Of a stretch of 64,000 nt of DNA, positions 25,234 to 37,416 are shown piece by piece. The stretch's first letter is position 1. Every line of letters begins with the position of its first letter. The DNA comes from Thraustotheca clavata (Eukaryota), in contig JNBS01000224.1 of assembly GCA_002081575.1 (NCBI GenBank), positions 1 to 64,000 of the forward strand. The letters run 5' to 3'. The translations under genes and the position numbers were made by a program. Below the pieces are notes generated by a model that was given only the letters and a program-made list of their open reading frames with translations, did no database searches and was not told where the DNA came from.

Positions 25234-26639
25234 AGGCTAGTCATTATAAACACACAGAATTTTTCACCGTCACTAACTTTTGTGCTTGTTTTTGCTTAGA
25301 TTCGTCTCGAATTGCACCTACTTTTAGCTTTCAACTTATACGACAATGCTACTTGCATTCCTACTTGCGATCAAGACGACAAAAGTCATTAGGTAAATAA
25401 GTGGTAATCATTTTTGAATTATCTACTTTAAATTTGCCAAGTGACACTAATTGTCGTTCGACGTGAATTGTTTTTGCTTTGTCAACGGATTTTCTCAACT
25501 TGCATCATTGTACCGTGCACTGTTGAAGCTATTTATCTTAGCTTCTTTTATACGTGTTGGTTTGCTTGATTTTCATGAAAAATTACACTGTGATTACTAC
25601 GTTTCGAAGCTTAGCATTGTTTTTGCCAATTTGTCTTGTTCAACTTCAGACATCGTTGTTTTTTTGCGAGTGCGATACAAAATTACCGTGATTACTCTGG
25701 CAAAAATAGTTGCCAGCTCTCATCGTTGTACTTACCACATTTAATCTTCCCACACGCGTATTTATCATTCATCAAAGCCCATCAAGTTGTCATTATAACA
25801 TGATTTTAATTGGTGTAACTATAGTTTGATTGGTTACAGTTTTACCAATTAAGAATTAGCAAAATAGTGGAGCAGCAAGGGCTCAGGTGTGCCGCAGACT
25901 TGGCCATGCCTCAAGTTCATCCGCTGCAACAAGAAATCCCCGCGATGTAGATCTTTTTACACGAGAAATCTGTCAATATACTATTGTTGCTCACTCGTTG
26001 GGCAACACTGAGGTCACGGGACCTAGATCTGTCAAAAGCATCGTAGAAGGTAACCTACCGCGGGGGGAGAACTCTAAGACCTGTATCTAAAGCTATGATG
26101 CAAGGAATTAACTTCTCTTACATTCAATCTTCATTCGTACCTCGTTAGTTGGCCACGATACCTTAAAATAGCAAATATTCACCCCATCAACAATAGATTA
26201 ATACCACATTCACTTGCTGTAATAGCCTCGATGCACGACAATACCATTGAATACTCACTAGGCTTCAATATATATATAGACTAATATCAAACTACTTTAG
26301 GACTAGAAAGTACATCCAAATACATGCATTTAAACTTTAAGTTGTGTGCCTTAGAGAATAATAGACGCACAAAACATGAGGCAATGCATCTGCATGACGA
26401 ATTGCGATCTCTAGACAATGCGAATTCACATCCATTCCTTTATCGCGACACACAAGAAAGAAATAACTTCCACATGTCGTTCATAAGAACTCTGCCGCCA
26501 TTTTAAATAGCAGGACAAACTCTCCCATTGGCTTGGCTAATTGGCGCCAAAATGACTTGTATACAAACTCCAAGTATAGAATTTGGGAGGCGGTGGAGTT
26601 GGCGCTCAGTTTGGAATTTGCCTGGTCAAGACAAGAACA

Positions 26640-28994
26640 ATGTATGTTGTGAAGCGGGATGGACGTAAGGAAGAGGTCAAGTTTGATAAGATTACAGCAC
26701 GTATCAATAAGCTTTGCTATGGCTTGGATCCAAACTATGTGAACCCGATCTTGATCGCTCAGAAGGTTGTGGCCGGGGTGTATGCTGGTGTCACAACATC
26801 AGAATTGGATGAACTTGCGGCTGAGACTGCTGCATATCAAGCAACTCAACACCCAGACTTTTCAAAGCTTGCAGCTCGTATTTCGATTTCGAATTTGCAT
26901 AAGAATACCAACAAAGTGTTTTCCGACAATATTGAGTTGTTTTACAATAACAAGCATGCTAAAACGGGTCAACCTGCTCCTTTGATTGCCGACGATGTTT
27001 ATAAAATTATCATGGCAAACAAGGAAGTGTTGAATAGTGCAATTATTTCTGATCGTGATTTTGAATATGATTACTTTGGATTTAAAACTTTGGAAAAGAG
27101 CTATTTGCTTCAAGTAAATGGAAAAGTTTGTGAACGACCTCAGCACATGATCATGCGTGTTGCTGTTGGTATTCATAAAGAAGATATTGCTGGAGCTTTG
27201 GACACTTATGAATACATGAGTCAAATGTTCTTCACCCATGCTACACCTACTCTTTTCAATGCTGGTACTCCACGTCCACAATTGTCGTCTTGCTTTCTTT
27301 TGGCCATGAAGGACGATTCGATTGAAGGTATTTATGATACTTTGAAACAATGTGCTTGTATTTCCAAATGGGCTGGTGGTATCGGCGTGAATATCCACAA
27401 TATTCGCTCAACAAATAGTTATATTCGTGGTACCAATGGCTCATCGAACGGTATCATTCCCATGCTTCGAGTATTCAATGATACCGCTCGCTATGTTGAC
27501 CAAGGTGGTGGTAAGCGTAAGGGTTCGTTTGCCATGTATCTTGAACCATGGCATGCTGATATTTTTGAGTTTTTGGATCTCAAGAAAAATCATGGCAATG
27601 AACTACACCGTGCTCGTGATCTCTTTTATGCCTTGTGGATCCCTGATTTGTTTATGAAGCGTGTCGAAGCAAATGGTGATTGGAGTCTTTTTTGCCCAAA
27701 TGAAGCTTCTGGCTTGCAAGATTGCTGGGGCAAGGAATTTGAAGCTTTGTACACCAAATTTGAATCTGAAGGTCGTGCTCGAAAGACAATCAAGGCTCAG
27801 CAATTATGGTTTGCCATTCTCGATTCTCAAATCGAAACTGGTACACCATATATGTTGTACAAAGATGCTTGCAATTCCAAATCGAACCAACAAAACTTAG
27901 GTACTATTAAATCGAGTAACTTGTGCTGTGAAGTTATCGAATATACAAGCAAAGATGAAGTGGCTGTGTGCAATTTGGCATCGATTGCTCTTTCAAAATT
28001 TGTCAATGATGGTGTATTTGACTTTACCAATTTGCATAAAATCACCAAAATTGTTACTCGCAATTTAAACAAAGTGATTGAAATCAACTACTACCCTATT
28101 GAAGAAGCTAAACGAAGCAATATGCGTCATCGTCCTATTGGTATTGGTGTTCAAGGGCTTGCTGATGCCTTTATTCTCATGGGTTATCCTTTTGAATCTG
28201 CTGAAGCCAAGAAACTCAATATTCAAATCTTTGAAACTATTTACCATGCATCCATGGAAACATCCATGGAAATTGCCAAAGAATTTGGTCCATACGAAAC
28301 GTATGCAGGCTCTCCTGTAAGCAAAGGTATCTTCCAATATGATATGTGGGGTGTTTCTCCAACAAATCTTTGGGACTGGGCTACACTCAAAGCTCAAGTG
28401 GCCAAGCATGGTATTCGCAATTCTCTTTTGCTTGCCCCAATGCCAACAGCTTCTACTGCACAAATTCTTGGCAACAATGAATCAATTGAACCATTTACAT
28501 CCAACATGTACTCTCGTCGTGTTCTTGCTGGTGAATTTACAATTGTCAACAAATATTTGATGAAAGAACTTATATCTTTGGGTCTTTGGAATGCTGAAGT
28601 ACGTAATCAAATTTTACATGATCGTGGTAGTGTTCAAAACGTATTAAGTATTCCAAAACGTATCAAAGACATTTACAAGACAGTATGGGAAGTTAAGCAA
28701 AAGATTATTTTAGATCTTGCTGCTGATCGTGGTGCATTTATCTGTCAATCGCAATCGATGAATGTCCATATTGCCGATCCAAGTGTGAGCAAACTCACCT
28801 CGATGCATTTTTACGCTTGGAAACGTGGACTTAAGACAGGCATGTACTACCTACGTTCACGTCCAAAGGCCGATGCTATTCAATTCACTGTCGATCAAAC
28901 TGCTATCAAGCGACAACAAGCAGCAAATGCAACGAAACCAGCACCAACAGCTCAACCTGATGAAGAAGAAGAATGTTTGTCATGCGGCGCGTAA
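26640..28994 (+). CDS. RNR1: Ribonucleoside-diphosphate reductase large subunit (class Ia)
   Basis: ATP cone [42 protein letters not shown]-terminal CLSCG; intronless. Confidence 0.98.
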   Translation: MYVVKRDGRKEEVKFDKITARINKLCYGLDPNYVNPILIAQKVVAGVYAGVTTSELDELAAETAAYQATQHPDFSKLAARISISNLHKNTNKVFSDNIELFYNNKHAKTGQPAPLIADDVYKIIMANKEVLNSAIISDRDFEYDYFGFKTLEKSYLLQVNGKVCERPQHMIMRVAVGIHKEDIAGALDTYEYMSQMFFTHATPTLFNAGTPRPQLSSCFLLAMKDDSIEGIYDTLKQCACISKWAGGIGVNIHNIRSTNSYIRGTNGSSNGIIPMLRVFNDTARYVDQGGGKRKGSFAMYLEPWHADIFEFLDLKKNHGNELHRARDLFYALWIPDLFMKRVEANGDWSLFCPNEASGLQDCWGKEFEALYTKFESEGRARKTIKAQQLWFAILDSQIETGTPYMLYKDACNSKSNQQNLGTIKSSNLCCEVIEYTSKDEVAVCNLASIALSKFVNDGVFDFTNLHKITKIVTRNLNKVIEINYYPIEEAKRSNMRHRPIGIGVQGLADAFILMGYPFESAEAKKLNIQIFETIYHASMETSMEIAKEFGPYETYAGSPVSKGIFQYDMWGVSPTNLWDWATLKAQVAKHGIRNSLLLAPMPTASTAQILGNNESIEPFTSNMYSRRVLAGEFTIVNKYLMKELISLGLWNAEVRNQILHDRGSVQNVLSIPKRIKDIYKTVWEVKQKIILDLAADRGAFICQSQSMNVHIADPSVSKLTSMHFYAWKRGLKTGMYYLRSRPKADAIQFTVDQTAIKRQQAANATKPAPTAQPDEEEECLSCGA

Positions 28995-29453
28995 AAAATG
29001 GACGGTAGCTGTATTTAAGTTGAATCTTACATTGACATGAAGCTTGAATCAATCTAATTACTTTCATCTCGTGCCTACCCACGTGAATCTACAACCTTCT
29101 TTATCTCTAAAGCATTCCTTTTTCGTGTCGCTCCCCCACAGCCCCATCGCAGAGCCATATGCCTAGTGGATTTCTCGGCTTAGCAGATGGGCAATTACTA
29201 GCTGATGATGAAAGAAAGAAAGGCCGGCGATATAGGTACATGCATCGCGCTTGCTTCGTGTCGTTCAACCGAAACAGGCAGCACACAGGCCTCTGTACAA
29301 CTTGAACAAGGAGAAGATGAGTTGACGGAGGACAATACCGCCAAGATCAACGAGTTTATGAGGTAGAAGAGTAGAAAGAGCATACGATCGTCCCACAGCC
29401 ATTAAAAAAGACGGCGGCAACGACTGGCGATTCTACTTGATTTCACTGGATTC

Positions 29454-29470
29454 CACGTGAAAATCACGTG
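29454..29470. promoter_or_regulatory. Double E-box CACGTG-N5-CACGTG upstream of glucokinase
   Basis: CACGTG 29454-29459, spacer AAAAT, CACGTG 29465-29470. Confidence 0.45.
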
Positions 29471-29665
29471 AGATTTGTATTTCTCACGATGAAGTTGAAG
29501 AACCATTTTTATTGTAGTTGTCACACCTTGAAGTTTGTATGGTGCAACTGCTATTTTTTTTACTTCCCAATCTTTGAAGGTAGCCAATCAACGAACGAGG
29601 GGAAGTACGAAGAGAAATTGCGGCTCATTTTGAATTGTGAGCTCCACCCGTCAAGTGAGAAGAGG

Positions 29666-31180
29666 ATGTCTAGCGCGATTGATCTTGTGAGAAACAAAGA
29701 GTATGAAGAAGAATTGAATGAAGATGAAGCTAATGAATGACTAGTTATGACTTGATTGTCTCGGGTGATTGTGGGGGAACGAATACACGACTTTCATTGT
29801 GGCGTGTACCACGATCTCAAACTCATTTGTCTGGTAAGAATGAAAATATATGAACGAAAGAAATATTGATGATGAATTTAGTTGTGGGAAAGATTGCTCC
29901 TGGTGAAGTTATCTTAAACAAAAAGTATTTGAATCAAGAACATGCAAGTTTTGTCGAAGTTGCTTTGTTGTTTTTGAACGAAGCTGGCGTGGATGAACCA
30001 CCTGTTTGTTGTGTTTTGGCTTGTGCTGGTCCGATTCTCAACAACTCTGTCGTGTATGCTTATGTCGATATGTATCGAGTGACTAATTTCACGATAGATT
30101 CACTAACATTGAATTCGGCTGGTCAATTTCGGGGGAAGTACTTGAACAAAAGTTGGGCATTCATCGTGTCAAGTTAATTAATGATTTTGCTGCTATGGGC
30201 TATGGTTTACTTACCCTTCGTCCTCATGAATACATCACATTAAATGAGGGTATTCCTGAAAAGAATGCTCCTATTGCCACCATTGGTGCTGGTACTGGGT
30301 TGGGCGAATGTTTCTTGACCGCTTCTAATGATGGTGTGTACGAATGCTTTGCATGTGAAGGTGGTCACAGTGATTTTGCTCCTGTGACAGACGTTGAAAT
30401 CGAATTATACAACCACATTCGTAACAAAGTAAACTATCTATCGCTTCCATTTATTTACATTTTTATGCTTCTAGTTTGGACCCAACAAACGTTTATCCGT
30501 TGAACGAATTGTTTCGGGACCTGGTCTTGCAACTATTTATGAATTCTTGAGTACAAAATATCCTGAAAAAGTCAATCAAGAAATTCATGCTAAATTTCTC
30601 CAAGCTGAAAGCTTGCGAGGAGCCATTGTTGGACAAAATGCACAAAAGGATGACTTGTGCAACCAAGCTATGGACATTTTTATTCGGTACTCCACCTTAA
30701 TTTATCCAAAACAATTGCTCATTTTTACATAGGGCTTATGGCCGTGAAGCTGGTAATGCTGCTCTCAAATACCTTCCTCGAGGAGGTTTCTACATTACTG
30801 GTGGGTTGGCTCCAAAGAACCTCGATTATTTCACGAAATCGAATGTGTTTTTGGACTCTCTCTTCGACAAGGGCCGTGTCAGCCCAGCTCTTAAAATCCT
30901 CCCTATCTATTTAGTTCTTACTGAAGACTTGGGTGAACGAGGTGCACACTATTATGCTTTCCAAGTACTTCGACTCAAGCATCATCAGTCTCTAATGCCT
31001 CCTTTCTAGCTTCTCGGAAAAACAGTTTTGGACGAACAACGCGCGCATCAAGTTCCCACATATCAACCTTCTACTCCAAGTGTATTTGATGCTACAAATG
31101 CCGTGTTTTCCATTACGTACGCTTTAATGGCAGCAGCAGTCGTAGCTGGTATTGCGTTGGGTGCTGCCTTGAAACGTTAG
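29666..31180 (+). CDS. glk: Bacterial-type glucokinase with C-terminal membrane anchor (multi-exon)
   Basis: GDCGGTNTRL, LACAGP, LINDFAA, IGAGTGLG, CEGGHSDF, ERIVSGPGL, GGFYITGGLAPK, DKGR; last exon ends AVFSITYALMAAAVVAGIALGAALKR. Confidence 0.93.
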
Positions 31181-31237
31181 AGCTTCATGTTGCATGTTAA
31201 TAAACGAAATTATCTTGTCAAAGTGATGATATGACGA

Positions 31238-33057
31238 TTAATGTTCTTTAGTCAATCGACCAAGACCATTTAGAGCTGCAACTCGGTATCCTTCAGCCAA
31301 CGTTGGGTAGTTAAACACAGCATCGCGAAAGTATGTAATCGTGCAGTCCATTGCCATGGCAACTATTTAAAGACCATCAAAATGCAACAGAAAAGAAGCT
31401 GTGGTACCTTGACCGATGTGAATAATTTCAGTGGCCCCATGTCCGATCGCATGAACTCCAAGGAGCTTTTGCGTGTCTGGGTCAAAGAGAATTTTAAGAG
31501 TGCCCTTGATATCACCTCCCATTTGGCTCTTGGCAAGTTCCGAAAACTTAGCTAAACCCACTGCATAATTGACACCTTCCTTGGTAAGTTGTTGCTCTGT
31601 TTTACCCACCATCGAGATTTCAGGAATCGTGTAAATGCCATAGGGATAGTTGCCCGATTCAAGTTGACTTGTAGTCTATGATGCACAATTATTCTCAATA
31701 GTTTTTAACTGCGAGCGTACTTGGTCTTTGTTGCTCCACATGTCACAAGCAGCCAAACGTCCTTGCTCCATGCTTGTCGATGCAAGAGATGGGGCTCCAA
31801 TGCAGTCTCCAGCAGAATAACTATCAAGCATCACAATCGGATAGAAGATAACAATCTTTACATGTGTGGGTGGGAGGTTTGATACTTTTCATTTACAGTG
31901 ATAAGACCACGAGGATTTCGTGATAAACCCACAGCTTCCAAGTTGAGTCCACCCGTGTTTGCCTAGAGAAGATAAGGTAGATGACGGGATGGTATCATAC
32001 CTGGCGACCAACACAGTAAAGAAGAGCTTCAGCAAACATTGCTTTGCCACTGTTAAACTCAACTTTGACACCATTCTTAAAGTGCTAGGGGAAAGATATG
32101 AGTTTGATGGATGCAATATATTTTATAGTACTTCACAGCTCTTGATAGATTCACCAAGGAGAAATCGTGCTCCATTATGTCGCATTTCCATTTTAAGGGA
32201 ACTTACAATTTCATCATCACAAAAAGTTAAAATCTATAATTTGGTAAAAGAGATGAATGGTGTCGAGTAGGAGTAGGATACCTCACTACGTCCATCAACA
32301 ACAGTGACATTGATACCAGGAAGTACATTGAGCATCGATGCATATTCCATACCAATGACCCCTGCTCCAACAACAATCCAAGATTTAGGAAGCTTGGATG
32401 TATCATAATTCAAAATATCATCACTATCGAGAATGACTTTGCCATCAACTGGCACCAAAGGGCTATGAGCAGGACGTGTACCACACGCAATAAGAAATTT
32501 ACTTCCTCGTAGACGTGTTCTAGATCATTATTAAAGCATTCATGAGATGAATTTGCATACGGTTGTCCACTATCTCCTTCGACAGATACTTCATGTTCAT
32601 TTTCAAATCGTGCCAAGCCAGGAATCAAATCCACACGTGCAGCTTTCAATTGAGCTTGAATAACATCCATTTCATTCGCAATGACAGTATTTACGCGTCC
32701 AAGAATATCCTTTAGAGTAATATTATCTCGAGCGTACGATTTGCCATAAAACCTACGATCACCTAAGCATTTGCATATGCATATAAACTACCCTTGGTGA
32801 CGATATCCCGACAAATGCAACACCGATTCACGAAAGGTTTTCGATGGAATTGTTCCCGTATGAACACAAACACCACCAACACCAGCTTTTTTGTCAATAA
32901 CAGCAACTTTTTTACCTTTTTTAACCGATTCAATCGCACACTGTACTGCAGAAGGACCACTACCGATCACAATCAAATCATACTCCTTCACTTGAAGCTT
33001 TGTCGTTGAAGAACAACCACGGACTCCACGAAGCAGCGACCGACGGACAGCGTACAT
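31238..33057 (-). CDS. sthA: Soluble pyridine nucleotide transhydrogenase (SthA/UdhA family) with mitochondrial presequence (multi-exon)
   Basis: [23 protein letters not shown] (CxxxxT), [56 protein letters not shown]. Confidence 0.9.
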
Positions 33058-33443
33058 CGAATGTCAATTCAACTTTGAATTTTGCTTCGTAGTCATTCAC
33101 CTCCGGATATCATCCGGAGTCACAAAAATCCAGAGAACCAGACGTTTGGAGGTGTGAGTCCTTCTTTTCAATATCAAAAGGTATGATTACCTAAATAGAT
33201 TAAGTTGAGAGGAGTAGATATATGTGGATATCAAGATGCTCTTGAAGACAAGTGCCTGAGATTCACGATGAGAATCTTTTGATTGAAATGGTCCATAACA
33301 TATGGAACAAAGTTAGAGCCAATAAGAAATCCATATGATAGGCCAATACAGTTGAAGGAAACATATAGATTTTGACCAATCAAAAATTGATTTGGAAAAT
33401 AGTTTTTAACCAATCAAAGAGAAAAGATTGGAGTAAGATCTTG

Positions 33444-35234
33444 ATGGTAGTTTATTACGAAGAAGGATCACCGACGGCAGAAATCACGGATAAAGAGCTT
33501 GAATATGCGTTGGCGACAGCTTTAAACAAGTTGAAAGGGAAGGAGAAGAGAAATGTGATGTTGATACCACCTGATTTTACGAGATTTCACTCGTATGTTT
33601 GGTTGAAATGAAGATATGGTGAAATTTAAGTAGGAAATCGGGAATTGTGACACAACATGCTTATAATTACTTTGGAGAAAATGTAAAAGATATTATGCCA
33701 GCATTGGGAACACATGCACCGATGACGGAGCAGGAAATTTCCAAGGTTTGTTGGATTAGTTGTATTTAGTTGGTTTTTGATGAAATGATAGATGTTTGGG
33801 AATGTCCCTCATGAATTATTTCGTGTTCATGACTGGAGGTAATATGTTCTATAGGAAAATTGGGTAAAGCTGACTAGAAATGATGTGGTTACAATTGGGG
33901 AGGTACCTCAAGATCTTGTACGAGAAGCAAGTGATGGTCAAGTGAATGAACCTTGGCCTGCACAATTAAACAAACTGGTGGACTCGATATGATATATGCT
34001 GCTAAGAATTTTATACAGATTTGGGAAGGAAATCATGACTTGATCATATCTATTGGGCAAGTAGTACCTCATGAAGTTATGGGAATGGCAAATTACAACA
34101 AAAATTTGTTTGTTGGCACTGGTAGCATTAAATCAATTTGCACAATACATTAAAAATATATTTAGGTGGGAGTGATGCCATTAACTTTTCTCATTTTATT
34201 GGTGCTGTGTATGGAATGGAACGAATGATGGGTACATCATAAGCAATCATTGCAATCTGATTTATGTACATAGGACGAGCAAACAATCCATTGCGTCGTA
34301 TTCTCAACTACGCTTCCGATAATTTTCTCCAAAAACTACCTTTGATTTATGTACAAACAGTAATCGGGCGTCGGTACGATTTTAATGTGCAAACTTTGCT
34401 TTAAATTACCTAGTGATGATGGTTCTGTGGTAACTCGGGGTGTTTTTATCGGTGACGACGACGAATGCTTTACAAAAGCTGCAGCACTTTCGTTGAAAGT
34501 TAACTTTACCCTTTTACCAGCTCCTTTGGATGAGGTACATAAACGTTTAAGTGATGATTTAACCGAGAACCAATACAGGTAGTGGTATACCTGGATCCTG
34601 AAGAATTCAAGACAACTTGGTTGGGGAATAAAAGCATTTACAGAACGCGAATGGCGATAGCTGATCAAGGCAAATTGGTAGTACTGGCACCTGGTGTGAC
34701 GCATTTTGGTGAAGACAAGCAAATTGATCTCCTCATTCGCAAGTATGGCTATCGAACGACCCCAGTAAGTCTATTTTGTATTCAGTGCTTTATCTCAAAT
34801 AGGAAGTTCTTGCTCATATTCATGCCAATCGTGATCTTATGAAAAATTTAAGTGCTGCTGCTCACTTAATTCATGGGTCTTCTGAAAATCGATTCAAGAT
34901 CATTTATGCATGTTCTCCAACAGGACTTCAAAAGGATGAAGTAGAAGGTGTTGGCTTTGAATATGCTCCTTTACAAACCATGCTTGATTATTATGGAATT
35001 AAAGACCCAACAAATACTAGTGATGGTTGGCATACTGTAAATGGGCGACATTTTTACTACATTTCGAATCCTGCCATGGGACTTTGGGCATACAAAGGAC
35101 GCTTTGAAGCTTCATTCCAGCCTACTTCTTCTGTTCCACCTCCAACTACACCACTTGTATCCCATAATACAAATGAAGCTTGTTTGGATGCTGGAGTTGG
35201 TGGTGGCCCATTCACCACACTTGACCATCAATAA
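33444..35234 (+). CDS. LarA (lactate racemase / DUF2088) superfamily nickel-pincer-dependent racemase/epimerase (multi-exon)
   Basis: Spliced PPDFTR, ALGTH, VHDWR, VVPHEVMGMANYNKN, INFSH, WLGNKSIYR, AAHLIHGSS. Confidence 0.88.
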
Positions 35235-35450
35235 CATCATGGTGCATTGTTATGTGACTCACCCGTGTACTTGAAGTAAACTGCAACTCAAATTGACTTT
35301 ACATTTTTGCATTCATGTAAAAAAGTTAATGGACAAAATGATATCATCATTTGGTATGCAATGTTACTTTTGTTATAACAACTGTTATGTGCATCCGTAA
35401 CAGTGTTACATTTTGATTGCGCATTTTGAGATTTTAATGCTGAGATTTTA

Positions 35451-36125
35451 ATGCTGAAGAAGAGGTACTTAAGCACTGGAAATGTGATTGCTTCACTTAA
35501 AGCGCTTCAAATGCTGGAAAAGAATAAAGCACACAAGTTTAAGTGGAAGGTTTGTTACTTTGTGTCTTTATGGTATTGAATTCTAGATAGAATAGGCATG
35601 AAGCATTTGCTTTCATTGACAGTGATGGTTCTCCTGTTGCGTTCGTCAATCGATGCACGCATGTAGCTCTTGAATTAGATTTAAATGACGCCGACTTTCT
35701 TATGCATGGCGTAATTCAATGCAAAGCTCATGGAGCTCTATTTGATTCGAGTAACTTGGTATTTTTGTAAAACCTAATGTATGAACTAGCTACTGGTGCT
35801 TGCTTGAGACCACCTTTACGATGCAAATTGCTTCGTGTGAGTATTTCTTTGGATTATGATATAGTCTAAACACTGTTAGCCATTGATAAAAATTCCTTTG
35901 GAAATCGACAGCAATCAAAATGTTGTTGCATATAATCAGCCCCTTCGTCCAACTGAAAGCTATGTTGATAACGAATATCGTCAAGAAAAATTAAAAAAAT
36001 TGCAAAAACAATTTAATCTAGAAGCTGTGGATGCGCAAGCTGAAATTGATCGTATCAACCAAAGATCATTGGAAATGGTTAAAAAAGCTCGTCAAGAACG
36101 TCAAGAGAAATTGTTTAAGAAGTAA
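35451..36125 (+). CDS. Rieske [2Fe-2S] ferredoxin-domain protein with coiled-coil tail (multi-exon)
   Basis: AFVNRCTH...IQCKAHGALFD..TGACLRPP; N-terminus MLKKRYLST is presequence-like. Confidence 0.85.
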
Positions 36126-36128
36126 TTA

Positions 36129-37295
36129 TCAAGTCACATGCTCGGGAAGACGTGGAGAGTCAATATGAGATGATTTTTCTCGTGAGAAAGGCAAGCACAT
36201 TTGCTTGAGTGCCTCACGTACATCTTGACGTTCAATCTCATGTGTAATAAACCATGTTTCATTCTTGAATAAAATACCCGCTTTTACGCCATGTGCAGGG
36301 GCTTTATCAATAGCTAATGATTGAAACCATCCACTAGACCCTTGATAAATAACAATTGCACCAAATCCTCGCACCTATGTTAGCATATTAGAACATGGGT
36401 ATTTTACATAACTACAGGAAATTGTGCCAATGCAATATTGTAATAGTTATCACCTATTGCATGGATTAGGTGTTAACAGTACCAAACACACCTTTTAGTT
36501 GAGTTTGTTGCCAAGGTTGAACTGTTTGAAAGGATGGTACAAAAGACTTGGCTATCTGTGCTGCAAAATAGTATGCTCCATCAAGTAGAATTGATGGTAT
36601 TCCTTCCCTTTCATTTGTTTGTGCAACTATTTCCCCAAGCTCATAATTGATAATTAGAGCATGAATATCATTAGATATATCTCTTGGCAAAAGATAAAGT
36701 GGATGGCAAAACAATTGATCAATAAACATAGTCTCGAATGGAACAAATGATTCATAAGTACATTCTTTCGAACTCTGCCCCAAGAGAGCTGATGTAAGTG
36801 TATACTGCATTGACTGAGCTTCAGCTTCTTGTTTTAGAGAATTCATTACACCTTCGATAGACATTTTAAAGTTGTGTAGAAAGCTATGTAGTATATGCAT
36901 CCCAATCTAGCATTGTCATAAGGTCTCATGTTTAATGGAAAATATACGAGACGGGCAACTCGAATGTAATCGCAACATGTACATAGCATAGCAACACTAA
37001 CAAGTGACGATTGTACACTCAATACGACTACAAACACATCTTCCAATGCTACCATCGACATACTTGACCTAATTTCTACCTGGAAAATTATATCAAAATA
37101 CAACTTACAAACCCTTGTGAAAATTGCTGAAGTGTAGCTACTAGTGATGCAAGTTGAGCATAATGAACAGGAATCACTTGAGAGATATAATTCACGAGGA
37201 TATGTCCTGCATCCGATAGAATGACACAACCAGCGATTCCAGTATCCAAGTTCATGAAAAAGTATCTTTACCACAATTAATCCTTTAACAGCCAT
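36129..37295 (-). CDS. Hypothetical protein (multi-exon)
   Basis: Chain of minus-strand ORFs separated by intron-like gaps; no family recognised. Confidence 0.45.
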
Positions 37296-37389
37296 AAATA
37301 GACTATTTACCAAGTGCCATATTTACTCTATTTAATCGCCACAAATAAACTATTTATCAAGTACCATATTTAAGCCATTTAATTGCCAC
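37291..37389. repeat. 47-bp imperfect tandem duplication in a divergent promoter
   Basis: GCCATAAATAGACTATTTACCAAGTGCCATATTTA... and GCCACAAATAAACTATTTATCAAGTACCATATTTA..., starting at 37291 and 37338. Confidence 0.75.
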
Positions 37390-37416
37390 GATTAGTGGTC
37401 ATTGGTTTCTAATCTA

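Noticed and set aside
25628..25638. AATTTGTCTTG as a U7-type Sm site near LSm10
   Set aside because: Imperfect match and no convincing 3' hairpin
26330..26505. Minus-strand ATGGCGGCA ORF with in-frame TGA and ankyrin-like fragments
   Set aside because: Needs frameshifts, no SECIS seen, similarity too weak
26583..26639. N-terminal extensions in the ORF track for RNR1 (also E3BP, VPS35, mL54, VPS13)
   Set aside because: They use non-ATG or upstream starts; conserved N-termini begin at later ATGs
29168..29222. Hammerhead-like CTGATGA...GAAA with a CUC triplet
   Set aside because: Stem II is essentially absent and stem I starts with a mismatch
32235..32282. U12-type intron in sthA (donor GTATCCTA)
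   Set aside because: The donor deviates from GTATCCTT and there is no TCCTTAAC branch site
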